Assembly: GCF_006345805.1 (NCBI RefSeq)
Contig: NC_043008.1
Coordinates: 75,702,001-75,766,000, forward strand
DNA: 64,000 nucleotides
Origin: Octopus sinensis
Lineage: Eukaryota
Direction of reading: 5' to 3'
Part shown: positions 41,797-53,420 of the stretch, piece after piece
Layout: each line of letters begins with the position of its first letter
Numbering within the stretch: the stretch's first letter is position 1
The notes under the pieces: model-generated
Told to the model about the DNA's origin: nothing
Database searches by the model: none
The model's input: the letters and a program-made list of their open reading frames with translations, nothing else
Position numbers and translations under genes: made by a program

Positions 41797-42030
41797 GGTG
41801 TAGGAGTGGCTGTGTGGAAAGTAGCTTGCTTACGAACCACATGGTCCCGTGTTCAGTCTCACTGCGTGACACCTTTGCCAAGTGTCTTCTATTATAGCCT
41901 CAGACAAAAGAGGCCGATAGAATAAGTACTAGGCTTACAAATAATAAATCCTAGAGTCGATTTGCTCGACTAAAGACTGTGCTCCATCATGGCCCGAGTC
42001 AAATAACCGAAATGACTGAAACAAATAACA
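41797..42030 (+). mobile_element. SINE family A, internally deleted copy
   Basis: GGTGTAGGAGTGGCTGTGTGG..CCACATGG..AAGTGTCTTCTATTATAGCC joined to GATAGAATAAGTACT..GACTGAAAC. Confidence 0.9.
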
Positions 42031-42054
42031 GTGTTAGAACAAGAATTATATATA

Positions 42055-42111
<57 letters not shown>

Positions 42112-42114
<3 letters not shown>

Positions 42115-43800
42115 CCCGGCGTATATACACATGGAATTTAAGAATATGATTTTTCTTTTATATTTTCTCTAATGAACTGCAATACCTATGATTCGAATTT
42201 TATCAAATTTGGAGATTAAGAATTTTAATATGTTTTTTCTCCTCTTTAAACACCCTAACAAAAATTTTAATCATGACATATTTATCCCATACTACTCAGC
42301 TTTATGCCTAGATTCGAAACTCCAGTTATTATAAAACACATTCAAAGTTTTTGCTCCCGAAAATGGAGCATATTGAGCACATGTCGGAGTTAAGGTCACT
42401 ATTATGGGGGTCTTAAAGCCAACCAGAGAAGTTGAATTGTTGGGAAACTTTTAAAATTTATGTCATATCTATTGTTCAAATGGTTTTGAAATCAGAAATG
42501 TATGAATGTTCACTGGGTTTATAAAAGAGAGCAAATCTTGAGGAAACTAAAATACGAATGATCACTATAGGCAGTCAGCTACCCTACCCTAGTCGTTACT
42601 ATTCCTCGCCATACAGGTGACCAGCACAGCAGTAAGAGGAATTACGGATATTTGGCAATTGGAAGGTCGTGACCCAGCTCAAATAAGCACGAACAACTGT
42701 GTGACGTGAGGGCTAAGGCGAATTGAAATTGTCACCTCTAGAGTTTGTAAATCATCACTATGCAGATAGGTAACTGAACAGAATAAATTTGCAATCTATA
42801 AATCACTTTCAATGACCGATCACATATCTGGAAAGGCCTTGAAATCCGTGTTACCATTTGGGGACTATCTCTGACCCATTGATAATGCAAAAACTTAAGG
42901 ATGACTGCAACTAAATAACTTTACTCAAAATAATATCTTGCAACTTAATCAGCGGAGGCAAAGTAGCCTCTTCTTTACTTGACAATTTATGCACGAAATT
43001 GCAGAAATCACAGTCTTAGTATATCTCAAAGCAAACTCTTACACTGCTGTACCATTGAATTACAAATAATGCTCATTTCCCATCCTTGACTACAATTGTA
43101 TTCGTCTTGGCTTAGGAAAAAGGACTAAATTGTGGGGCTTAAGCCCCCATTAATGGGTCTTGCTAACCTCCTAAGAAGTTGAAATTTCAGGAATATTCAT
43201 TTTTGTTTATAATATCTATGGTTAACATTTATTCACCAGCAAATTTATATGAATCTTCAAAGGGGTTATGGCTTCATTTATGCCCCCTCACTTTCAAAAC
43301 ATTTGCCCTTCTGCCTAGAATATAATTTCCAAATTTCATGAAGATCCATTCAATATATTTGACCTTGTTTCGGATCATAAAATATGACTAACATTTGGGA
43401 GTTAAGGCCCCCATTAAGGGGTATTAGAATCCTCATGAGAAGTGGAAACTTTAGGAATACTTTTTAGATTTGTATCAATTACCTATGGTTGAAATTTCAT
43501 CAACATCGGGAATTGATGAATTTTTTATGGGGGTTCTTCCTCCTTTAACAACCCTCAAATTCAAACCAAACATACTGCAGTATACCCATCCTTATGCATT
43601 GAACCTAATTTCCAAATGTCATAAGAATCCATTCAGTTATTTTAGTCCATTAAAATGACAAAATGTGGGGAGTAAGCCCTCATTAGGGGTTTTTAGAATC
43701 ATCTAAAGAAATGAAAATTTTGGGTATAGTTTCGAATTTATTTCCGATACCTATGGTTCAAATTTCATCAAAATGCGAAGAATATGAATTTCCACGGGGA
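42112..43800. repeat. Tandem array of ~270 bp units (starts near 42380, 43125, 43392, 43662), Helitron/Helentron non-autonomous-like
   Basis: Recurring GG(G)AGTTAAG.CCCCATTA.GGG, ATACCTATGGTT.AAATTTCATCAA and AAATTTCATGAAGATCCATTCA; TACCCGGCGT at the left end. Confidence 0.55.
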
Positions 43801-43964
43801 AGGGGGGACTCTGCCCCACTCTGTGCCCCACCTTTATCTTTTAAAGATTTTTAATCTCTCCCCTTACTTAGCGGTCATTCTAATAGCTTTTTTGTCTTAA
43901 TAACGGTCAATCACGCAGTAATTTCCCTTTGTTTAACGGTCTTTTTCATAGCATTTTTTTCGAT

Positions 43965-44030
43965 GGCCTGATAATGGAAGAGATGCCGGCGTGGATTTCC
44001 GCCCCGTCATCCGAAACTCGGAGTTTTATC
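43965..44030 (+). ncRNA. Decayed hammerhead-like motif
   Basis: CUGAUAA-U-GGA..GGCG/CGCC..UCC-GAAA-CUCGGAG-UU; G8 is altered and no clean stem I is present. Confidence 0.35.
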
Positions 44031-44120
44031 ATGGCTACCAAATAATTGTCACATAATATATTTACATAACATCGAGGTCTCTTCCATTCTTTTGCCGTCT
44101 TGCCATTTCTATCAATATAT

Positions 44121-44190
<70 letters not shown>

Positions 44191-44195
<5 letters not shown>

Positions 44196-44303
44196 GGAGC
44201 CTCTACAGGACTAGAACTGTTTCATTCAAAAGAAATCATCAGGAAGCTTCCTGATGATTTCTTTTGAATGAAACAGTTCTAGTCTCTGTAGAAGCTCCTT
44301 CTA
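44191..44303. repeat. Palindrome made of two divergent hammerhead cores (minus core at 44236-44242, plus core at 44251-44257)
   Basis: ..TTTCATTCAAAAGAAATCATCAG-GAAGCTTC-CTGATGATTTCTTTTGAATGAAACAGTTCTAGTC..; abuts (TA)n on the left. Confidence 0.9.
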
Positions 44304-45050
44304 TAAAATAAATTAATTTACTCTGCTATGTATTGAGTACCTTATTTACTGTGGTTAACCCCGACTCAACCCGGGACCTACATATATATATATATAGATA
44401 GATAAAGATATATAGATATACATACATTCATACACACACAAATACATACATACATACGTATATATATACCTATTTAGTTCATTAATACGAATAGGCCTCA
44501 GCCATATAAAAAATACATTATATACATTTACATACATACAAATATTCATGCATATGTGGATGTGATTATATTTGTGCTTAAAAAACCATGTAACTTTTTC
44601 CAATACATCCAATATATGACTAATTAAATTCTCAACTACATAACAAAATACCTGATTTCCATTATATAAATAGGCAATCGAAGATGTTGTATGGAATTCT
44701 TCCTGTATGAATTTTTCGACAAGGAGCCTGATATTAAACAGTATTAGTACTGTTTCAATATTTGCCGTACAGTGGCTTCATGTTCAGCTATTATTCTACG
44801 TGTTATATTTAACACCTTAATTTAATATGAAAATACAAATAGGTTTAACCCTCCACTATATTCTTTCACTTAAATGATTTTATAAGTGTGGTAAATAAAT
44901 TTATAATTATACGAAAGCATTATAATGAATGAGAAATTCAACAACATTAAAATTACTACTTAATTTACAGACACATGCACACACGCATACGAACACACAC
45001 ACACACATGTACACACACACACATGTACACACACACACATATATAAATAT

Positions 45051-45096
<46 letters not shown>

Positions 45097-45151
45097 ATAT
45101 ATAAAAAAGAGAGAGATACATATAAATGCGTATATACATATTCACATACAT

Positions 45152-45187
<36 letters not shown>

Positions 45188-45508
45188 GCATTTATACACA
45201 CTCAAACAAACACACATATGTATACATACGAATATGCAATCACAAAGAGACATATGTGTTGTACGTGTGTTTGCGATTGAGATAAAAGAAGTTATAAATA
45301 TGAGTAATAAGTTTCCTATAAAATGTAGTATTAAATATATCATTCATTGACAATATCATTATGTGATTAAATTATATTTAAAAATATTTCCAATTTTCCT
45401 TGGAATCAGTTCTTCACAAATAACTATTATCTTCTCCAATATGTTTCAGAGTTTCATAAACGCAGAGTTTCATATATGTATATATATATATATATGTATA
45501 TATATATG

Positions 45509-45589
<81 letters not shown>

Positions 45590-45648
45590 GTATATATGTA
45601 TATATATATATTTATGTGTGTGTGTGTCATATTTGTGTTATATATGAT

Positions 45649-45694
<46 letters not shown>

Positions 45695-46599
45695 GCATAC
45701 ATACATAACATGCACCTACTTACATACATAACATTTAAATGCACGCGTACATCTTTCATTTAAATATGAAAGGTGCCAACAATATATGAAATTAAAATCC
45801 AATTTCGATGCGAAAATCTTCCATATTTTCGGGTAATTCTCACGGAAATAATATGAAATTGTGTACATAATTATCAGAAATACTTTACAGATATCCTTTC
45901 GGAAAGAAATACGAACGTTATTCTTTAATGAATCGTAAAAAGATATCTGATGTAGTTAGTTGCTTTCTTTTGGTTGTAATTTGATATTTATGTTTACATG
46001 TAGAAAGAGCGGACACAATTTCCCAGTATATTATTGGAAGCCGTAAAAAACAATCAAATTTAAACATCATAACACAGAAAACATTTCATAATAAGAAATT
46101 TGACCGAATTATTTAAATGGAAATCATTGAATCGAGGAATCTTTACAAATGTTTAAAGAAAATATAGTTTCTATCGGTGACGAGTTTAGATAGCAAACAA
46201 TTTCCATTTGTTTCGATAAACTGTGTTGAAATATGTTCCATAAGAAAGTGTTCGGGCGCGGAATCTTTTCCTTGTCTTTCACTTTGGTGTAGTTCTTAGT
46301 CTGAGGGGGGATCAGGTATAACGGAAGCATGACATAATATGTATATTGCTGTGTTTATGTATGTATATGTATTCATGCGGATGTATGCATAATTACTTAT
46401 CTTCATATGTAAGTTTCAGCAGTGTAGATGATTAATTTATGTAACCGCAGGTTGGTTGCTAATGTCACAAAATCATGGCAATGCAAAAATACAGAATATG
46501 ACTCTCATATGATAGGCAATAATTTTGTATCTCGGTCACAATATATTTTATGCTTTACTTGTTTCAGTCATTAGACTGCGGCGATGCTGAGGCATCTGG

Positions 46600-47250
46600 C
46601 GTGTGGCATACCATACGCCCCTTGCAGTCAATATCGATCTCATTGAGATAGAGACTTTAATGTATAGGACAAACATTTCAGCAATTTAAGGAATTCATCG
46701 GTGCAGGTTGTTAAGTAAGAAATTGCACTAACCTTCTCAATATCTATAAAGCTGAAATGTGAAAAAGTTGTTTGATTTCTTGGTTATTTGTCTCAATTTG
46801 GGATGGGAAAGGTTTCAGGGCGGTAGATGGGTTTGGATTGGCGCAAAAATGTACACTGGAGGATAAAACGGGGTGGGCAATTGTGTGAGGAGGGCTGCAA
46901 GTCGCTTGGGGCTACCGTTTGGTTACTATGGTGAGGAATATGGAAAAAAATGAGTTTTATGGGATAGACACGTTGCGCTGTTTGAAAAATTGTGGCTTTT
47001 CGTGTTGCTGCAGGTGCTAGAATCGGTTATCTTTAATTGTGGATGTAAAAATTTGGGGGAGTTTGGAAAGGGGGGCAAAGAAGAGGGCAATAAAAAGAAC
47101 CAGGGAAAGGAGACGAACAAAAGAAGAAAGGGAGAAGGAGAGAACACGCACAAAACAACACCACCACCAAAACCCGAGCGAATCACTGGTCAAAATAGCT
47201 AGTCTGTTGTATATAACAGGAAAGCTCAACCTGTAGATGCTTGTGTTTAT
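46600..47250 (+). mobile_element. Possible LINE ORF1 remnant
   Basis: Purine-rich then ACA-rich tail resembling the ORF1-like tails at 13060-13400 and 52900-53420; no clean motif. Confidence 0.3.
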
Positions 47251-47278
47251 GTGTTTATGTGTGCGTGCACGCGCATGG

Positions 47279-47318
<40 letters not shown>

Positions 47319-47319
47319 C

Positions 47320-48850
47320 TGAAGAATCAGGACATCCTAGACATCCTTTTGAAACCTTTCCTTACCCACATCAAAAGTTTCATTAGGGATGATCTGGACA
47401 TGCTCAAACACCTCCCGAAAACAGTTAACGAGGAGGCACTCCTGGTATCCTTTGATGTCATCAACCTCTACACCAACATTCCACACGAGTATGGTATATA
47501 GGCAATTGACTTCTGGCTAGAAAAACACCCAGAGACATTCCCTGACCGCATTAACAAGTCTTTTATTACAGAATCTCTTAAGTTCATTCTGACAAACAAA
47601 TTTTTTTCTCTTCGACGACACACACTACCGTCAAAAATGTGGTATTGCGATGGGTACCAAGGCTGCACCAGTCCTTGCGAACCTCATAATAGGTTACTTC
47701 GAACTGTCACTCTATGAAATATCAAGCCAGAAATTTGGACATGTTTTCCACACCTACCTAATGGAAAACTGGAAAAGGTATTTAGATGATTGTTTCATCA
47801 TATGGAAAGAACCTTATGAAAAACTCCTGGAATTCAAAACCATACTAAACAACATACATCCCAACATCCAATTCACTATGGAATTAAGCAAACATCATCT
47901 CCCATTCCTTGATCTCCTAATTATAAAAACACCTAAGAACCAAATCATAACAGACATCTACCACAAACCTACAGACTCACAACAATACCTCCTCTTTAGT
48001 TCATGCCACCCAAAACACACCAAGACAAATATCCCTTTCAATTTAGCTAAAAGGGTATGCACCATTGTCTCGGATCCAAAAACACGAGAAATACGCCTTC
48101 AAGACCTCAAAAAAACACTATTACAACGTCAATATCCCTCCACCCTTATAGAGTATGGAATAAAACGCGCCAAAGAACTAGACAACACTACACTGAAAAC
48201 CACCCAACCTAACACCACACACAACCTCAAAATACTTCCATACATTTCCACCCACAACCCCAAAAATATCGAAGCATACACCACAATCATACAAAACCTC
48301 AGTCTACTGTCAACAGACCCAAAAATGAAAAACATTATAAATACACACAAAATCCTCAAATGCAAAAGGCAACACAAATCTTTAAAAAAACTCTTGACAA
48401 ATGCCAAACTTCACACACCACATCCACCCCCAACAGTAAAAAAAATGTGCACGCTCAAACTGTGGTACCTACCCCTTTCTACTTAAAGGCTCTGAATTTA
48501 CCTTCAAACAAGGTACGAAGTTTAAAATCACGACTAACTTCTCCTGTTCCTCCGAGAACCTTATCTACGTCCTCACATGCGCTTGTTGCCAACATAATTA
48601 TGTTGGACAAACGAGTCTCCCGTTACGTAAACGAGTAACGGTGCATAAAGAACAAATAAATCTCCCGGAATACCGACAAATTCCACTGAGTGACCACTTA
48701 GACTCATGTGCTAAAGACTTAAACCCCAAATTCTATATATTCCCCTTCTACCAATGTAAAGACGGGATCACCACACAGGAGAGAATTAACAAGGAGAATC
48801 TCTTTATTGAAAAATTCCAAACACAACTTAATATGCAAACTCCTCGTTGA
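47320..48850 (+). mobile_element. Penelope-like element (Neptune-like), 5'-truncated: RT plus GIY-YIG; one stop and at least two frameshifts
   Basis: LVSFDVINLYTNIP, QKCGIAMGTKAAP, WKRYLDDCF, LPFLDLLI, DIYHKPTDSQQYL..SCHP; linker CARSNCGTY; endonuclease NLIYVLTCACCQHNYVGQT..RKRVTVH..KENLFIEKF..LN. Confidence 0.95.
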
Positions 48851-49482
48851 TCAAACTTCCTTTCTCTACCTCACTCTTCATGGATGGACTAACACAAATA
48901 TATAAAGATACCATGCATTCATCACTTCAAGCTAAAACTTATATTCTTTAAATATCATTTTTACTATTGTTGTTATTACTATCATTTTTATTATAAATGA
49001 TATGACAATTTGAAATGCAATTGCCTATGCAGATTTATATTATTAGAAAATAATATAAATAAAGTGTTAAAATCTGAAAGTTAAGTTAACAAGTAATTAT
49101 ATAAAAAAGATAATGCAAATGAAGCTAAAATGATAGTTTTATAATTTGGGTTTTATTGAAGAACTCAAAAGAGTTGTCTCCCCTTACCCACAACACAGGA
49201 ACTAAAGAATCAGGACCACAATTACTACTACTTCCTGTCCTGCAACATGCTGAATTTAACAACACAACACATCACATGCTCTTAATCCCTTTGGATCTTA
49301 ACACCTCATGGTAATTTTTTGGTAAACAACCATAAAACTCAAGATACACAACGAACTCACAATGTATCGGAGAACTTATTTTTTAATTTTTGTACATTTT
49401 TATCATTATTCTTTTACAAAAAACAATGCAATTTTCTTTTTTTCCCCTTTCTAATTTTTAAAATAACTTTTTAAAACATAAA

Positions 49483-49523
49483 TATTCTTGACAAGTCATA
49501 CAAGGACGAAAACCGGTTGAATA
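49483..49523 (+). ncRNA. Decayed minimal hammerhead in the 3' region of the PLE
   Basis: UAUUC-UUGACAA-GUC-AUACAAG-GAC-GAAA-ACCGG-UU-GAAUA; stems I (5 bp) and II (3 bp) pair; ACCGGU palindrome; changes fit decay of CUGACGA..GUC. Confidence 0.6.
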
Positions 49524-49811
49524 AATATATATTTATATATTTTATCATTTTCTCATTTTATTAAAATTTTCTTTCATTTGAGCATTCTGCATTTTTAAAA
49601 AAATTTTTCCTTACCTATAAATATATATATATACATACATATTTATATATTATTTGTCTGGGGAGAGCTATTCTCTTTTATTGGCGTACTATTTAACACA
49701 TTCACTGGTTCGATTTCCGTTCATTTTCTTATCTATATATTCTAAAAATTTTCGTTGCGTCTTGCAACCTCTTCAATAGTCGTTGACTCTGTCCGTTATC
49801 AGAGTTGCACT

Positions 49812-49860
<49 letters not shown>

Positions 49861-50654
49861 AGAGAGAGAGAGAGGGAGAGAGGAAGGGGAGAGAGAGTGA
49901 GGCGGAGAAATATCGTAACGGAGATGCATATATTTACGTGTATATGTGTGTGTTTATAGATACAGAGAGAGGAGAGTGAGAAGTTGAGAGAGGCAGAAAA
50001 AGGAAATTATGTTTGTACACATATTTACGTGAACCACAGATTACACTCTAAAGAATAATGAAAAATATATACAGAAAAAATATGGAATGTCTCATTTGAA
50101 CAGCTGTTTCAAACATCTAAGTGTTATGTAATAACCACAATTTGCAGTTGATGTCTGCTAAATGCCATAGGTGTTCGACCAGTGACAAGTTTACACATAC
50201 TCCAGTAAGTCAGGTTTCCCATCTGAAGAGAGGGTCGGCAAATGCGAGTCGTCTAGCAGTGTTTAAAAATATAAATTGTTAAAGAGAAGAGAGGAACTGA
50301 GCAGAAAATAGAATGATTAGTCTAGAGACAAGATCAGATGAAGATGAGATAGCGGACCTTCTTCTATGACAACAAATTCAATGATCAGATATATAAAATT
50401 CTCGAATGAACTAATTTCTTCTAAAAGAACCTCTCCACATTTATCTCCAGGATAAAAAAAATAATCGTGGCATGAGAATATTTTTTTCTGAGAAAACTGG
50501 AAGCTAATAACCTCTTCCGATCGATATGTTCAACAACTTTCTGGCAAAAGGGATGAAGTAGGAAGTATAAACACGCTTAAGGATATTAACGGCCTACATT
50601 GTATGCTGATTGATTACCTTGGATTGTACAATCGAACAAAACGGTGACAGTCTT

Positions 50655-50830
50655 TTATCTTTTACTTCGTTCAGTCATTTTCACTGCAGTATGTTGGGGT
50701 ACCGCCTTGACGGACTTTGTAGTCAAGATCAAATCGACTGCAGAACTCATTTGTTAAGCCTGGTACTTATTGTATAGGTTATTTTTCAAAACCACAAAGT
50801 TACAGGGACCCAAAGACACACACATATACA
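50655..50830 (-). mobile_element. Decayed SINE family A 3' fragment
   Basis: TTCAGTCATTT..CTGCAGTATGTTGGGGTACCGCC..AAGCCTGGTACTTATT. Confidence 0.65.
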
Positions 50831-51149
50831 TACATCTTACGTATAAATAGCAATTTCAGTTTGTCTCTTACCATCTTGCAGCCTACACCAGAGAACCAAT
50901 CTTCACAAAATTCTGCATACATGTTAAACTACTATCTAGTTCAATCATTGGCTAATTGGATTTCAATAAAAGTTGATAATGGGGCCTAAAATTCGATAAT
51001 GGTCCCTCTACGGCGGTTTATTTATTATTATTAGTTATTATTATCATTATTATTATTATTATTGTTGTTGTTGTTGTTGTTGTTATTATTCCTTCGTAAC
51101 ACAATATAGGTAAAAATACAACGGAGACTTTAGTCATTTGTTAAGTCAC

Positions 51150-51575
51150 AACAAGGACATCAGGCGGATAATACTGTCCTTAAAATGTGAGCTGTGTTCA
51201 ATAAGGCTGCTTTTTGCAAGACATCTATCATGCATGGGATTTCCAGTTGGCTTAATAAAATTTGAAGTTTTAATAGGATTGAGCCAAGCGCTCCGATCAT
51301 CACTGGTATCAATTTTACATTACCCTTTCGCATTCCATTCAGTGTTGCCATTTCCACTTTCAATTCGGAGTACTTGGTGATTCTTTCAACCTCACAAAAT
51401 TTATGTTATTTGTTATGGCTACATAAATGATCTGACAGTATCTGTCTCTCTTATTCTGGAGGAGTTACCAGAATCCTCTAAATTTGAAGTAGATTGACAA
51501 GTTTATTTTTTGAACCTGAGGAAGACACTCGAGATGTCAAAATATCGTTCACTTGATAACAATGGCACTCTTCTT
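51150..51575 (-). mobile_element. R4/Dong-type LINE 3' end
   Basis: ORF 51160-51363 VKLIPVMIGALGSI..LEIPCMIDVLQKAALLNTAHILRTVLSA; (AAT)n follows on the minus strand. Confidence 0.85.
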
Positions 51576-51582
51576 TTATTGC

Positions 51583-51633
<51 letters not shown>

Positions 51634-51663
51634 GTAATATTATTATTATCATTATTATTATTA

Positions 51664-51727
<64 letters not shown>

Positions 51728-51739
51728 GAACCAGATATT

Positions 51740-51880
51740 TTTGTGAAGAACCAAAACAGTAGAGTTTGTTTATTGATTGACGTGAGCATACCTTCTGTCA
51801 ATAATATATTTGCAAAAGAAATTTATAAGCTCAGAAAATATATAGTTTTGCTAATCGAAATCGAAAAGGTGTGGCAGAAA
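51740..51880 (+). mobile_element. R4/Dong-type RLE domain fragment
   Basis: CLLIDVSIP..NIFAKEIYKLRKY..IEIEKVW. Confidence 0.75.
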
Positions 51881-52059
51881 ATAAAAAATAAAAAAGTAAA
51901 CACAGAGAAAAAGGGGGGAAAAGGAAAGAAAATTCAGAGCGACAAGTCTCTTAGTATGTGTGACTTACTAGTCGAGGCAATCTTTTGCACTTCCTGCATG
52001 AATGGTAAGTCAGGGATCATTCTTAAATAATTTTCAATTTTTTATTACAAACGTCTTGC

Positions 52060-52840
52060 CTACTTGGCACGGACAGAATATTCAGGAAAGTATTAGATAG
52101 CTGAAAAGAACGAATAGCATGTACCGTAGGCTGCAGGTAATAAGCCCGATACTCATGCAAAACTCCAGATGCCCCAACAAAACAAGAGCAACAATAACAA
52201 CTAGGAGGGCGGAGATTGGTGTGCTGTGAATGTTGTGTAAGGGAAGGGGAGAATACCCTGGCATGGTATGACGAGGGGAGTAAAAAGAAGTGATTGAAGC
52301 AGAGAAAATGCAGGGAACCTTAAAAGTGTACATAGCCGTAGATCCAGCACAATTTAAGAAAGACCAGAGAGAGCAGATAAAGAAAATGTGGCAGTACAAG
52401 AAAAGGCACAGTCAATTCTTGAAGAATAAAGATGATATTGATTGGGATAGAATCTGGCAATGGCAGTAGAAAGGAGACTTAGGAGGGCCCACCGAAGCAT
52501 TAGTTTGCAACGCTCAAAAACAAGCTCTTAGAACAAACTGCTCCAAATATCACATTGATAAAAGCACTGACCCGCCACGGTGTAGGATGTGCTCAGAGAA
52601 GGCCGAAAGCATACGCCATATTATTAGTGAGTCTCACAGCGCGAACACAAAAGGAAAAACGACAATGTAGCCAGATATTTCCACTGGCTGTTTTGCGGTT
52701 AAGTAAACATAATTCATAGGGAGTAATAGAAACCGAACATTACAAAATGCTCTGGGATTTTAAGATGGAATGCAACCAAATCATAGAGGTGAGACGACCA
52801 GATACCGTGCTCGTCCATAAAGACGAACATTTATACTAAC
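52060..52840 (+). mobile_element. R4/Dong-type LINE fragment (CCHC and start of RLE)
   Basis: KGDLGGPTEALVCNAQKQALRTN, PRCRMCSEKAESIRHII, DNVARYFHWL, MLWDFK..RRPDTVL. Confidence 0.8.
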
Positions 52841-52899
52841 TACTCTTAAACACAGTATGACGACCGCATAAAGTTTGGAGATGACACAAAAGAGTGTCG

Positions 52900-53420
52900 T
52901 TGGAGGTCAGGTGTATCAATGTCCATGAGTTGTTGTGGACCCTCTGGAACCCCTTTCAAAGCCTACTCCTGGATTTTACAATAAGGGCTCCCACGTCTTG
53001 GGGGAAGCTCTCCTTAACGAGTTTATATGTCTGTATAGGCATTCGTACAAACACCAGTGTTCCTGGCATTTGAAAGGTACTGGTGCTAAAAGATCACACC
53101 CTCTTTCCCAACATCCTTCTATTGCGCTAAGCGGTTCATCAATTGTTTATTTGCCCTCCTAACTAGCAGGAAGTTTAGTGTTTCTGTGGTTGGCTGTTAC
53201 TGCTGGGAGTGCTTTCTTTTAATCCGCTGTTGCAGTTGGCGTAGTTTTGCTGGAGCAGTTTATGATTGTGATTGTGGAAAGGTTGGTGATGCTGTAGGCG
53301 TGTCTGTGGCAGTTGTTGGTAGTTTTTTTTATGTTTGTTTGGTGTGTGTTTATGTGGACAGGATGTACTTTTGTGATTCCTTTTTGGGTTTTTTTTCGGT
53401 TTGTGGGGTTCATTTTATAT
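52900..53420 (-). mobile_element. Probable LINE ORF1 tail related to 12880-13420
   Basis: Shared TTCCC.CA.GAC.T.GGAG block and ACA-rich upstream stretch. Confidence 0.35.
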
